The notes below the pieces were generated by a model. It was not told where the DNA came from and did not search any database. It saw nothing but the letters and a program-made list of their open reading frames with translations. From NCBI GenBank assembly GCA_048013815.1, contig CM106585.1, positions 9,362,001 to 9,426,000 of the forward strand: a stretch of 64,000 bases of DNA, read 5' to 3'. This DNA is from Setoptus koraiensis (lineage: Eukaryota; Animalia; Arthropoda). Positions 11,801 to 26,800 of this stretch are shown here, one piece after another (within the stretch, counting starts at the first letter, position 1; every line of letters begins with the position of its first letter). The translations under genes were made by a program, and so were the position numbers.

Positions 11801-14800
11801 CGATATTGCAATGCCGATTCGGAGCCCCCGAAATGGCCCCATCCAATGGCGATGGCAAGCTATGGCACACAATCAGCATAAGCAGAAGCATACACATTAT
11901 GTTGCAAGTTTGGGGCCAGGATTTCGCTGCAAATCCCTACCTCATCTCGTCGTTGGCACGCTGCGAGAGGCCCATAGCGAGAGAGAAAAAAAGTGAGCCC
12001 ATTGGGGACATTTCATAATAAATGGGCTTATTCATTATAAGCCTAGATGGGGCCACTGGATGGTGCGCTGGCGCCATCCGCTCTAGTTAACGACTAAAAG
12101 ATTCTGGGGGTTAAAACTTAAAATGGGCCCATGCCGTTCGCTGTGTCGGGTGCGCTCACAACAGTAGTGACAAAATGATGGAGATAGGTGGGTATTTATG
12201 GCGGCTGTGGGCCGGGTATGAGCTCGAAGAATAGCGAGAGATATAAACAAGTCTTGTGTTGTTAAATTTAAATTCGTCCACTGGCCAATATTATGTAATT
12301 TAAATGCCAATAACCAGTCTGTGTAATGGCCGGCAACGCCACTGCCCCCACAACAAGTCAAACATACAAGATTTCGGTTATTGTCCGGCACGTTTTATTG
12401 CGTCTCGTGTTGCGCACATTAAAATGAGGCCCCGTTCGGCTGGCTTCATTTTGGGCCGCTCCATCTGTTTTGGCCAGTCTTTTGGCCTGTTATGGGCCGG
12501 CCCAAAGCCCAGCCGGCTGATAAGAGCGATATGGCTGGCAACGCGAAAATTCAATTGACCGTGAGCCAACACCGGCCACTGGCCAGAGGCCGGCAGCTCG
12601 CCGGCAACAAAACAGAGGCTCGCGGAAACAAAGTTGAAAACAATGTGCCCCTTTATTTGTTTGCTTGTCTGATTGTTTTTGTTGGCTGCTCGCTTGTTTT
12701 GTTTCGTTTTGTTTTGTTGTTGGTTTTGTTGGCTAACTGGCCGGCCGGACACAACAGTTGCCGCTTGTGGGACGAGGGGCGCACCAACGGGACAAGACGA
12801 GCCGCCGAAAATGGGGCCAGAGAGCATGATAAAATAATTCAAAAATAAAGCCACTTATTTAATGTGCGCCTTTAATGTCTTTTTCGGCCCGATATGGGCG
12901 CTATCTCGCCAATGCGGCCGCGCATCATCTTGAAATTAAATTTCACCGCTTATGCTGCTCACTGGGCCAGCTCGGGCCTCTTGTTTCAAGGTAGCTCCGG
13001 CTCGTTTCGGGCCCCATCTAGTACAAGCCAGTCGGACTGGCTTGCAAAACAGCGGGCTCGTACGACGGCCTGAAAACTTTCGAACAGTGGCTCGTTCGAA
13101 CGCGCCAGTCGGAATACCCTGAGTGGGCCCGCTCGGGGCCCTATAAAAAGTGCTCGGCCGGCCCGGCCCGGCCCGGCCCAGTTCGAGTACGCAACTGGCT
13201 CTGGCGGCGGCCGGGCCTCAAATTGCAACAGTATCCAGCGCAGTAGACAGCCGGCCCGCAGCCGGTCACCTGTCGGCCGGACTGTCACTTGCACGAGCCA
13301 GGGCGCCACTTACGGTTATTAGTATTCGTGTGTTATCATATTGCGTAACTTGTTTTGACGGCTTCTCTCCGGCGGCGGTTATTTGCTGTTTGCGAGCGGC
13401 GGCGCAACAATGAACCGAATGAACTGAGGCACTGAGGCCCACAACAATTGCTTGCTTGTCGCCGGCGTTGCGTCTCAAATAATGTGACACTTTTTTGTTT
13501 ATCTCTCGGCAAACACACTGCGAATCTTTCATCTCGGCTTGTTTGCTGTCGTTGGGCGCTTGTTGTTTGCCCGCAGCCTTGACCACCGGCCTAAGCCGCC
13601 CGTTAAGCCCGCCGCTCAGTTGCGCAACGGGCAAACACCCGACTTGATACAAGCTGACACAAGCTGACACAAGCTGATACAAGCTGATACAAGTTGATAA
13701 AACAACAGCAGCGCCAACCACAACAACAACGCCCACGGACAGCGCCAAAAAACAACCATTGGCGCATCCACAATCAAACAAACAATTGGCCATTTTTTCC
13801 TCCCTTTGGGGCCCGTTTCGTCTGTTTCGCTACGCTTTTCGGTCGCGCTGCCGACAACTGGGGCCCCCTTCTGGCCAGATCGCAAACGCTTTATCTGCTC
13901 TGTTTTATCTGGCGGGTTTTATCTGTTGTCGGCGAGTCGCTCGGTCTGTGTGTGTGTCCAGTTCAGACGTTTTGTTTGGACACTGGCGACACTGTTGTTG
14001 TTTGTTTATTCGCTTGGCGTCGCTTGTTTTTCGCTGTTGGCCCATCACGAGCTGGCATACATCATTACATTATCTCGGCCGCATCCGAGCGACAACGCGC
14101 AACAAATTGTGTGACCGCACACTGCACTGGCCCAGCCACTTGCCCTGGGTACTTTGGGCCCCAAATTTTGGGGCCCGGCCGACCGGTCAGAAGGCTTCAA
14201 AAGGCACGAAATGGTAGTTGGCAAATACCGGGCCGGATTTTGGCGCGCCGAACAGTGAACAGAGCAAAGCGAACACAAAATATTGCCCAAAATACGAGAG
14301 ATCAATCAATCATTTGTCAGCGCGCGCCCCGTTTCATGGGGCCCTTTCGTCCTTTTGTCCATTTTGTCGGGCCACAGTTAGTTAGCGCAGTGAATTATGT
14401 TCGACCGATAGCCATGACAAGCATGATTATCCATGATGTAATCTCTATCACTCACTTGGGACGCCACCTAGCGATCGGGTGGGGCCAGTGAGTGGGTTAG
14501 TGTTAGGCCGGCCCTTTAAAGTTGATGGGCCCTGGGAGAATCGTGCCGTTATTAGTGTCCTCTAACAGCGTGTTACTGTAACACGATTTGTATCAGTGTC
14601 CTCAGTATGCTCAGTGTTTGTATTTGTAGTATTTGTAGTGGCTGGAATGCGCAGTGTTGTTACCTGTGCATGCACACTGTGCCCGATGGGGCCCCGCTCA
14701 GTTGGCCCAGTTGGCCCAGTTTGCTCAGCGGGCCCAGTTGGCTCTGTCGGCTCGGTTGGCCAAGTGTGCCGAGCGGGCCGAGCGGGCCGACAGAGCCCGA

Positions 14801-17800
14801 GTGGACACTAATGACTGCTAATGAAACTTGAGCCTCCCAGACTTGCCAGTGGCGAGCCTGGCGGTACCGTTAGATAGTGGGCACATAAACAAAGAAACGA
14901 TTTATCACGTTATGTTACGTGTTGATCCCTTTGTTTGTGTCACTCCTCTAATTCCGCCGCCAATTCCGCGCACCTCGCGCGTTGGGCGACACTCGCACAA
15001 GCGGCCGGCTCCTGTAACCTGTGTTGCGACTCACCTGTCGCAAAACTCGCTCGCTGGCAAGACCATTTTGCATAGACATTTTGCACAGTTGAGCTCATTT
15101 GGGGCCAGCCGCGTGACAAGATGCTCATACACATTATCTGGCGCAAACTGGCACAAACTGGCCAATGTCCATTGATCAATGATGCCCGCCGCTGATGGTG
15201 CTGTGATGGCCGGCTTGGCGCCCACCATAGCGCGCCACCAACTGATCAGCTGATCTCACTTGGGGCCCCAGTGGATTGGGGGGCGCGTGAGTGAGCGGCG
15301 GATTGTGCTAGATGCTGCTGCTCAGTTGCATCATCCATCATTGGTGACTGGTTGGCGCGGGGGCGAGCCGGCACACACAGAGCGACAGTTAGTGACAGTG
15401 GCGCCGGACACGCGGTGGACAGTGTTTCAAATTGATAATATATATATATCAACTCATTTCCATTTGTTTGTGTGCACTTGTCTCTCGCTGCTCGCAATGT
15501 GCTCTTGGCTGTGTGTCGATTTGAGCGCCTCGGGCGCCCCAAAACCGGCCCACAGCCAAAAGCACATTGTGATGGAGCTCGAAGCTCGCAGCGACTATCA
15601 AGCGAGCGTTATTGATGATGGTCGTCGTGCCAATAATTTCCAGTCAGAGGCAACCGGTCACTCCAGTGAGACAGTGTCACGTAGCGGCCGCCACAAATGA
15701 TACAATCTCTCAAATTAAAACGTCTTCTCCTCACACGATGATGCCCGCGCTGACGATCACCCTTTCAGAGCCTCACCTGTGCCTTGTTTCACCTGTGCCG
15801 TGTTTCACCTGTATTTTGTTTCACCTGTATATACACAGTGTACACATATGCTTATGCGGTGCCAAACGGCTTGCATTTTATAGCAAAGGGCTGCTATCAA
15901 TATGCTGCTTAATGGAAAACTTCAAATGGATAAAAACACAGTGTTGCCACCACCAGTGTTTGACAACTGTTCCCATTCAGACGTCGATGATGTCAATATA
16001 TAAATTGTTTGCAATTTTGTATTCGGACAGCAGCGAAAATTCACTGAATATCGAGCAAAAATTTCGACGGACATCCGACAAATCTGATAAATCTGTTTGC
16101 ATCTCGTAACTTGTGATTCATAAGAAATCGGGCTTTTGGGTACAAATTTAGTTGCGCCCATAGATGAGCAAATTGATCGATAAATATTATGAATGACACG
16201 AAAGCGACCTACTAACACTTCATCTTGTTATCTCTTCCTTACTTGTCCCTAATTAACTGTCAATCGCAATCAATGCAATGCCAGTCATAGATCGGCCCAC
16301 CGAGGTTAAAGTGAACGACGAGTTTGTTTCATACGGGTCCAACGCGGTATTCAAATGTCGCATGAGCTCGCAAGCGGAATACGTCAATCTATTGGAATGG
16401 TTCACAAGCGATGGCCTGATAATTAAGGCACAAACAAGCAAAGGTAAGTTGCTGACATTCAACTTGAGTGATTCACGTCTATGTATGAATGAAAGTTCAT
16501 TCATATACAAATGTGAAATATGACAAATTATATATTAAATCAAATTTATATGCAAGTTACGCAATAGTTGAGGCACAAGTCGCGATGCAACTAGCACTCA
16601 TGTATGTCAATCTGTTTTAATCATCATTAGGCTTATTACTGTTGTTCTGTCGGTAATGGCGCCACCGCAACACGCTCGCTCAGCTGATTGAGCGTGATGA
16701 CGCAACGTTGTATCAATTCATCGACAATGTTGTTGTCGTCGTCGTTGTTGTTGTCGCCGTCGCTGTTGTCGTTGTTGTTGTTGCTCTGTTGTTGTTTCGT
16801 TGTCAAGACACACAAAGAGTTAATATGCAGGCACAATGCCAATTGCCCATCATGCTGCCATGAAGGGCATGTCTACTGAAGCGTTTAAGTAGTATGCATA
16901 TGTAACTTTGTTTATTGTTGACCACTGGTCAAGTGAGGCCAATCGAACGGCCATGAACGAATTAGAATTTGGCGCACGAGTGAACAGTGCGCACAAGACA
17001 AGTGGCCAAAGTTAGCTGACCGTTAGCTGACCATTGGCCAATAACGGATAACGGTTAACGGGATAATTCAATCGAGTGTCGACACGAGCAACGTGTGAGC
17101 GATGTTGCATAACTCATCATCATCGCTGCCAGGCAACAACGATAATAATTCTTTACCACTGCATCAATAAAACTGTATATTGTTACATCTATGTTTGACG
17201 TTTGTATTATGTAATATAATTATATTCATGGTGGCCCATGAGCCATCTAACGCATGATTGAATTTGCATATTGTTGTTGACAGATTGGCTAGCGCTTGCT
17301 GGCACCACCAATACATGCGAGTGAAATCTCGCGCCCACATGGGAGACAATCTCCCATGTTGTCCCATTGGTGTGTTGTATTTTCTCATATTTGTGCTGTT
17401 ATTCGGCCAGTGTGTTGCACAATAACAATGCGCAACAATAATACGTTTATTACGCAATATTACATAATACATAATAATATTGCGTAATACACATTGCCCG
17501 TTATGGCAAGCCGTTTCAGGCATTAGCGTTGAGCGTTGGCATAACGGCGACGAAAGAATTGCGTCAATTGCGCGTGTGTGTGTGTGTGTGTGTGTGGTCA
17601 AGTTTGATTATGATTGATGGCCGGCTAACACGTATTGGCGCGTATCATCAATTGTTGTGGCGCGTGCAAACAGTTGAGACAGTCAGGCGGTTTCAAACAT
17701 TGACAAACATTTGCAAAGTGTCAGAAAATGTTTGCAAACCGTCCGACTGCAACACTGCAAGCCAGCGCTGCCGACAACAGGTTCGAGCGCGTGCACTTTA

Positions 17801-20800
17801 AACTAAAACTTTGCATAACGGGCACGTGCAAAACGGTGAGCGCTGGCAACCGTTGTTTTAGGTGGCGCTGTCGCGCTGGCTAGATGGCCGGTTTATTATA
17901 GATACTTTATTATCGTGTACGTTTATGCTGCAACGACTGCAATAATGTTACATAACACTGTTACACGAGGCGCGTCATAACAATGTTACATAACGCGCGT
18001 AGCGGTGGTGACTAGCAATTAACATCATAATCACTGTACCTAGACTGTTGCCAGTTACTAATTATGGTCTTATTTTGCACCAGCGACGCAAGCTGCCAGC
18101 TGGCGGCCATTACATTAGATGAGCGGGCTGACGAGGCGACATGTGAGAGCCGAGCGACAAGATTAGATTAGATTAGCGAGCAGACGGAGCGCACAGTATA
18201 AAACAGGACGCGCTGTTTGCGTTGCTGTTGCGTAATGTCCGTTTGTCGTTACGTAATGTTGTTGTTGTTGTTATTGTTATTCAATTGGGGCCCGTTGGCT
18301 TCTTGGGTCGCCCGTTGGCGCTGTTGCCGGCGGTCGGACAGCGACGGCAACCGCCACAAACGGAGCAAAATAACTTGTTACTGTTGGCGCGAATTGCGTT
18401 GCCGTGTCGACCTGTCGCTATTGTCAGATTGACAAGCACGCCGTTAGGCTAACGGGACTCGTTGCGAGACACTCATTGAATTACATCGATTAGTGGAGGC
18501 GACGCGAGCGTCACGACACAGCCACAGCAACGAATGCAAATTTCATCGTGGCCGCTTGTGTGTGTCGCTTGCGACGCGTTACGTATTATGTAATACGCGT
18601 AATGAGCGCAACAGCAACGTAATGAATATAATAATGAATGTAATAATGAAAAGAAAGTGCCACGTCCCGCCTGCCACACTGCGGCTAGTGCGAGAGCACG
18701 CGCTAATAGCACGAGCCAAATATCGCCGCATTTGGCAGCCCGTCCATGGCCGGCCCGATATGGGGCCGGCGCCGCTGCTCGTCTATATGTATTTAAATAT
18801 ATGTTTACATATAGATATTTATATTTATCTGTGTATGTGTGTGTGTGTGTGTGGATATCTGCGGATACATGCAAATACATACGGACACATGCAAATACAT
18901 ACGGACACATGCGGATATAATATAGATAAATATGTGCAACAACGCGTAACATGCAACGCAAGTCAGTGCAACTTCATATTCATTATCGCCAGCGTCGTTT
19001 GCATATTGTGCCACAGTGCGCTATTTACACGTACTTACACGTGCTCGCCGTGTCGGCTGTGTCCGCTTGTGTCGGGCTGCTGGGGCCCGGCACGCTGACG
19101 CCCCAATGAGCCATTCGAAGCCAACAATTATCTGCTTATTACTTATAGCACACACTTGCACTTTATTATTGGCGCGCTCGAGCCACTTTTGGGCCTAACA
19201 CTGTCAGGCCGGCACTGTTGGGCCGGCACTGTCACGCCAGCGCTGTTAGGCCAACAGCGCTAGGCCAACAGCGCTAGGCGGCACTGTTGGGCCGACACCG
19301 CTAGGCCACGGGACACATAGGGGCGTAACGGCGTTGGCTTATTATCGGGTATCGGCAGAGGACGACAATTCAGGTTACGTTTGCGCGCGCTGTTAATTGG
19401 TGCAAGTGCTTGTATGTTGTTATTTGTCGTTGTCGTTGTTGTCGGTGCTGTCGGTGTCGTTGTTGCTGTTGCTGTCGTTGTTGCTGTTGGATAGTTGGCG
19501 CTCTTAATTATTAGCAACACCAAAAGTGTTGCATAAGAACCGTTACTTGGCGGCTAATAGTTTGCGCAGCGACAAATGCACTTTGGCGCCCTTACTCTCA
19601 CATGGCCGCTCGTGCGACATTGTGCGCCTTATCGTTGGCCCGCTCGTTAGCCATCTCGCCCGTTTGGGGTATCTCGCCCCTTTTGGGTGTCTCGCCCGTT
19701 TGGGGTATCTCGCCCGGCCGCTCATGGCACCTCACTCGGCCGAGCGGCCGAGCGGCCGCAGCTGCTCGGGGTATCACAGGCCGGCCGGTTAAGACGGGCG
19801 GGCCGGGCAATTAACGAGCGCTGGAGCCGAGTGGCCGGTCTTGACCGAAAGCAGCAAACAGCAACTTGAGCAGCTCAATTGCTGTTTGGTGGCGGCGGCT
19901 TGCGTGCGGCGACATCCACCGGCCAGCGAGCCAATCTCCACCCGTACATACGACCCCAACAAACTGTACATACAACCTCAGCAAATTGTATATACGACCT
20001 CAGCAAACTGTTAGACACGGGCGCCAGGAACAGGTGGCGCGCCCTAATGAAGTCGTTGATTGGGCCGGCGGGCCGGCGCACTGCCAGCGAGCCGGCCCAC
20101 CAAGAAGGAGAAGGCAAATTAGCGCCCACCATCAATTGTTGGCTGGCACGCAGATTGGCGGGCAGATTGGGGCACAAACTGGGGCGCCCCAAGATGTTCA
20201 AACTTGATACAGGCGCAAGCGGGCGGCGCGCCACGCTGATCAGCGCGAGTCGGTGCGCTCATCAGCTCGCACGCTCGGCAGCATTCCGCTGGCGGCTGTT
20301 ATTCGGGGGCCCGCTCTCTGGCCCGTTGCTCGGCCGCTGCTCGGCCCGCTGCTCGCCCGCCGGCGGACCGTCGGGCAAGTCGGGGGCCGCCGCGCGAGAC
20401 AATGATTATTGCTGGCCCTCGCAACGCGCCAATAATCCAGCCATCCGTCCAGTGCGCCAGTGTCTCACAATTATTTCTGTGCGCCGTGCGCCTCCGCAAC
20501 GAGCCAGCGCACAGATAATTGTCGCTGGCGCCGCTGCGGGCCCCCCGTTACTCTGGCCAATTGTCGCTCGCTAGATGTTGCACGCACAATCAAGCGCCTC
20601 TTGATCTGTCTCGAGCCGCTGCGAGGGCTCGCAAGGGCTCGCGAGCGCTTGTGAGTGCTTGTGTGCCAGCAAACGGCTCACAGCGGCAGCTTGAGATGAA
20701 TCATGAATTACACCATTTCCGGTCAGTAGCGTTGCCAGTGTGTTTATGCCGCTGTTGACCGCTCGACAGTGTTTACTCGGCGCGGTGTTGGGCACAACGG

Positions 20801-23800
20801 CGGCACAGCAGCGGCAAAACGGCGGCACAGCAGCGGCAAAACGGCGGCGCAACGGCAGGGCGCCAGTGAACTCAAACAACAACGGCGCCAACTTGTTTTG
20901 GGCGCTGTTACGTGTCGGCGGCCGCTCGCCCGTTGCGCCGCCGGACGCGCCAGGCCGAGCCACACAACGGGACAGTAACCCGATCGGCGCGCCGCTCCGA
21001 CGACAACAACAACATCGCTAGTGTCTCGCGGGTACACGTGTAACGCGTGTAACCCGATACTCGCGCCCGGCCGCGCGCCAGCCCAATGATCGCTCAACTG
21101 ACATGACGCTTGTGAGTGTTTCGCGCGGCGCCAGTCCCGCTCCGGCGGACCGCTTAGCCGCGGGCCGGCATTCACTCTTGCGTGGGCGCCCGCACCAGAG
21201 CTCGTGCCCGGCCGGTCGAGTCGACCCGACACGCCTATATGGCGGGCCGGTTGCGTGCAGTGTGAGCCAGACAAGGTGCCCGCGAGTGCTAGTTGGCGCA
21301 GCGGCCGCCAGTCGGCTCAGTGCGCCCACTGGCGGCCGACTGGCCAGCGGTGGCGTCAATAAATGAAAGATGGCCGCTTGCATATAAGATGAAGACATGT
21401 AAATTGATTAAGGTTACATAAGCGTTTGACGTGCCGGGCAACTGGGGCTCGTCTCGCTGCTAATGGCGCCCAGTTATTGGAGTATGTCAGCGTGGTCGTC
21501 GTCGTTGTTGTTGGCGCCGCTGCTGCTGTTAGTGTCGCTGTTGTCGGTGTCGCTGGCCACTGTGGCAGCCATCAGATATGCAAATCGAATGGCCGAGAGA
21601 TAATGATGGCCGTTAGTTGTTTGGCCCAACAATGAACTTAATTCTGCCCATTGTGCGCCTATTTATCACACGCACACCCAGACCTATTTGGCGAGAGCGT
21701 GCCGGTTTGGCACAGTTTGGCGCTCAGTCGCCCAATGGCTGGCTCGTTTGTTTGCAATGGCCACGCCAAAACTAAATTGACACGCGCAAACCGTTTGTCT
21801 GATTAGGCACGTCTCGCCGGCACTGGCCGGTCCCAGTTTGGGGCGCCCCAACCAACGGCGAGCCCCAAATTAATTACATCATCACGCCAGGGGTTGCGCG
21901 TGGTGGCGCGCGCGCGCGCGTAACGGTATTGCCGTGACTCAATTGGCACACACTCACTTATGCCCGCTTGCAATTTCTTTTGCTCCTGTGCGCCATCTAT
22001 GGTTAGTGCCACACTTAGTTGCCCATTTGCTTTGTTTGGCGTCGCTGGTGTCGCCAGCGTTTGGCCCCCGTTTCACTGGTGTTACGTAACGGCCGCTTGC
22101 ATGTAACGACGACATCGGCCAAGATTGTGTGGCCTGTGTGTGTGTGTGTACTAATAATACCGATAAAACAATTAATTATTACAGCAGTCACTGGTCCGCT
22201 CACACAGTCGGCTTCACAGTGTCGCCCCTACCGGACATCGCTACGAACCAATCTCTTGCGAATCACTTCTTGCTTCGTTGTTCGTATAGCGCAATCTTCT
22301 CATTTCGGGCCAATCAATTGACTGGGCCAATGTCGATTGGCGCGCAAAAAACTTTTGCCAGCACCAAAACAACAATCGTCATGGTTGTGTCATTACGCAA
22401 CTATCTTGGTATTTTGTTGGCTTGTTGTCAACTATTTATATCACACAGAGTGAGCCACTTGGTGTATCCTGCTTTGGCAGACAGCGACACCTTGCGTCGG
22501 TATCTTGTTCAATCTGAGCGGATCGGCGAGCGAGCCACCGAGTGTCTCAAATTCATTTTGAGACACTCGGTATTGTACAGAGCAACAGCGATCTGCCGCC
22601 ACCTGGCGGCCGACCACCAGCTACAGGGCATCGTTGTAAGCATCACTGGGGCCAGCTAGCCGGGCCCCTAATGATGGCCCGTTATGTGTCGAGGCGGGCA
22701 GGGCAAGTCGGCGGCAAAATATATTGTGCAGCGAGATAATATAAAGATGAGAAACTCTTTTAATGTCTTTGTCTCTGGGCGCCTGTTGGCGAAGGTCTTG
22801 AGATGTTAGTTATGTAGTTATATAACTTTTTGGCTTTATCTTTTTTGGATTTGTCTCGCCAGCGAGCCACTAAACTGACGCAAACTAAACTGAGCCAAGT
22901 GACCGGGCCGACTGGTCGGGCCGGCCGGCTCCGTGGAACGAGCGCCATGGGTGTCTTCACTAAGCACCCATCGCTACTAACTAACTCGGTCGGACACAGA
23001 TAGCGAGAGAGCGAGGGCGAGCGAGAGGAAATAGAGGAGAGAAACAACCAATGGCGCTCAAATGACATAACACGCCAGCACGACAACACCAGCAGCGGCA
23101 GCAGCAACAACAACGACAGCGACAACAACAACAGCGACAACAACAACGACAGGCGCACAACAATGACCAATCGCAAATAATCTCGCAACAGTCAAACAGC
23201 AGCAACGACACGCCGGCCGATTGTGCTAAGCGACTAAGCGCGGCCCCAAAGTAATCTATTTACTGGCCTGGCCGGCAGTTGGAGGAACGTGCGAGCGGGC
23301 CCATAACGGCGCAGAGTTTGCCACGGGCAGCCAGCAAAATACTCGCTGCCCGGCTGGCTCGTTCGGTGAGGGGGCGAGGGTGTTTGGCGAGGGGCCCCAA
23401 ACAACAACAACAACACAACACAAATGAACAGCCCAAGGGAGCCCCACGGACCAAGCAAGCTGGTTGTGAGACTGTTGTGAGACGCGCCGCTAGTCACATT
23501 GGTCATAAACACACAAGAGCCATAAGAGAGATAATTTTCGCTGACGCCATCATGATAATTCCCCAGATCTATCAGTTGAAATAAATAGTTAGTCTGCTGG
23601 CTATTTATTCTCCGGCAGCCAGCGGGCTGTTTAGCGCCCAAAAACAACCCCAAACACCTCGGCCATTATTTGCCCTAACAGGCTGCCAGCGCGTCGGCCG
23701 GCAAATATGCCTTTTTCCATACGGCGCGAGTATGATACGCCGCGTATCATACTCGCGCCGAGAGAAGTGTCTCACTTTCGGGCTTCCTCTTCAGCTTGCT

Positions 23801-26800
23801 GCAGGGCCGACAGGCGAGCCGAGGGGCCGAGCAACGAGCAGCGGCAAACTAGTTAGCGGCGATGGGGAGCGTTTATGAATAATACTTTTGCAGTCAGCAA
23901 CAAGATAAAGTATTTAATGACTCGGCTTTATCTGGGCGCACCATCTCGGCTCGACTGGCGCCAGACAGATAGTGTCTTAGATTACTTTTCAGATTATCGC
24001 GGCGCCACATTTTTTCTTGGCCCTATCCATTTCCGTTTGCGCGCTTGCTCGCTCTGCTTCGATGGCTGGCAGCAGCGAGCAAATTGCACTTGGCACATAT
24101 CTGGGCGCCACGGCCGACACTTGTCAGCAAATGGCAAGCCAGTAGCGCGATATGCAAATAAGCCTGCAGCGATGCTGAGCAACCAATAGTAGACAATAGT
24201 TTCAACTTGTGGCAATCGCCCAATGCGCTCACAATAATTTCTTCGTCTATGACACAGTGGTAATATCAATAATGACGCCCTTGCCAGTCATTGTTGCGCC
24301 TCTGAGGCTCACAGTCTCAGCGATTGTTCTAGGCCGGCAGTCGCTTGTCACTGTCGAAATATGTTAGCGCATTGAGCGTTATTCGTTGCTGTCGGGCGAC
24401 GCCGCGCCTAGACGCAACCGCGCCAATGGCGTTAATTTGCGAGAAATTGGCAAGATTTAAAGCGTGAGTTAAATTCAAAGAGACGGCCCATTGTTGTGTC
24501 ACTGTGGCGCCCCCAATTGTCTTTGGCTGGCTGGCGCAACAATGTCGGCCCGTGCGCCGCTGTGTGCCGCCATATTGCACAGCCCGTCCACTGTGCGCAG
24601 CGGGCCCCATGTCGATCGAGCTTAGCCGGCAGCGACGCCAAGACAGCAGCGACCATTTGTATACAATAGGCAATATATAAACAGACACAGGAGGCATTAT
24701 TGGCTCATTGTATGGGGCCGATTTTGGGCCAATGGAGATGCAACAAAACCCAATAGCGACACGGCCCGTTAAAAATTTGCCACTTTCGAGCCCGGAGCAG
24801 GGCAATTTGTTGCCAGTGCGGCGTGTACCCGGCCGACGGGCTGGCTGAGCGGACTGGAGCGGACTGGAGCGGAGCGGACTGGAGCGGGCAAAGAGAAACC
24901 AAAGCAAGCCACCAATGGAGCCCGGTGGCAAAAAGAAAAGCTCATTTCCGCTACAGTGAATCGCGCGCTCGCGGTGACTCCCTCGCGTCGCATGTGCAAC
25001 CTATGCCGCTATAACTGCCGCATGGGCGTTCAGGACGCAGTTAGACGCAGGGGAGACGGACGGACGGACGGACGGGCGGGCGGGCGAGAGGGGAGCCCAT
25101 TGTAAAGAAAACGACGCGCCCCACCATTACCAATGCCCTGGCGGCGATGTGATGCAAGCGCGGAACCCGTTGCAAGCGCGCTATACGCGCGCATTTATTA
25201 GATAATAACTGGCAAGGCGCACGGTCTCACATAGACAGTTATTATTAACTTAGTAGCAATCATCATTTTCCAATGCAAACCAATGTAAACAACCAGCAAC
25301 ATAATCGGTATGCGCAAGCCCGACCGATTACGTAACGCCCGCTGTGGTGGAGTGTTGATTTTGCTGGAGCTTGAGGGAGCCACCCAAAGTGGCGCCCTCT
25401 TGCGGCGGCCCCTCGTTGGCGAAGCGCCTTCGTTCGAAAAGTGCGAAAAGCAATATCCCCGGCTGTGCCAATCAAGTAGCGTGCGCATTTGAATGATGTA
25501 TGTCGTTTTGGTTATTGCGCGGCATGTCGCGCTATGTGTCGCTGCGCGTCGCTATATGCGAGCAGGATGCACAGAATGAGCTCTAAACTATTCATTTTCA
25601 TGCCGCTCGCCAGTCCATTTCCTGTTTCTGTGCGCCGTTTTTTAGCCTCAACGCCCCCGTTTGAGATGGCTCCCGTTTGGCCCAGATACTTGGAACTTGC
25701 AACGACAACGACGAGCTTGCTGGGCCGAACCAGCCGATCGCTTAGCCGAGAGCTGTCTGGCTGATTGGCTCGGCGCGGCTCTTGGTTGCCATGGGAATAT
25801 CAGGGGGGGACGATATTGGGGAGTTATTAGGGGAGCGAGGGAGCGAGCGAGCGAGCGAACATGACAGATTCCACTAACTGCCTCATCGAGCGGAATTAGT
25901 TCACGTACGAGGCCCCAAAACGGGCGACAAGGCATCGACAAACGTCGATGCGCGGTCCTCTGAGACTGATGCAGTGATTGCATGCCGTTGCAACCATTTA
26001 GTAGCCACGAAAAGCCCGACGAAATTCTCATGAGTCAAGTCTAGTTATAGCGACAGTTTAGATAGCACGTTGAACAAACCGGCGCACGTTGGATAAACTG
26101 GCGCACGTTGCTGGCACCGGCAACGGGGCAAATAATTGCAAATTTGATGACATAATGAAGTTGCTCGCTACTTGTTATTTGCATAATGACCGCATTATAC
26201 GGGCTGCAAGTTGCGTAACATAACCCTTGTAGCCCTTGTATAACGGTTGCGTATGACTTCTTGAGAGAGCGAACAAAGTTGATTTTTGGATAAAGTCGCC
26301 ATAAGTTGTATCAAACTACTAAAGGCACAGGCCAAATAAAGAGCACACCCATGTGAGATGAGATATACAAAATCATCGTTTCGTTTGCCATAAACGCACC
26401 ATTGCGCCCACACACTGGCCCATGAGAGCGCGTCATTAGATGGCGATAAATTGCAATTGTTCCTGTGTCAATTGCTGCTGGTTCCAAAGCACAAAAACCA
26501 GTCGTCGAGCGTGATTTAATAGCGATGCCATCGATACAATAGACACTCGATGATATCCGATCGATGATTGGGCCCGCTCAACGGTGGGCCCGAGCGCGAA
26601 ACGTGATTAAATGGTTCGCTTGATTAGTTACGCTCGCCAAGAGAAACAAATACCCCAAATACCTGCCATTACACAAATGCATACCCGTCCGTCCCGCGTT
26701 GTTTGTTTGTTTGTTTGTTTGTTTGTTTGTCTGCACTTCATTTGTATTCGCGACAGGTACACCCGACTCTGGCCCGCCGCTACCCGCGCTACCTGGCTTA

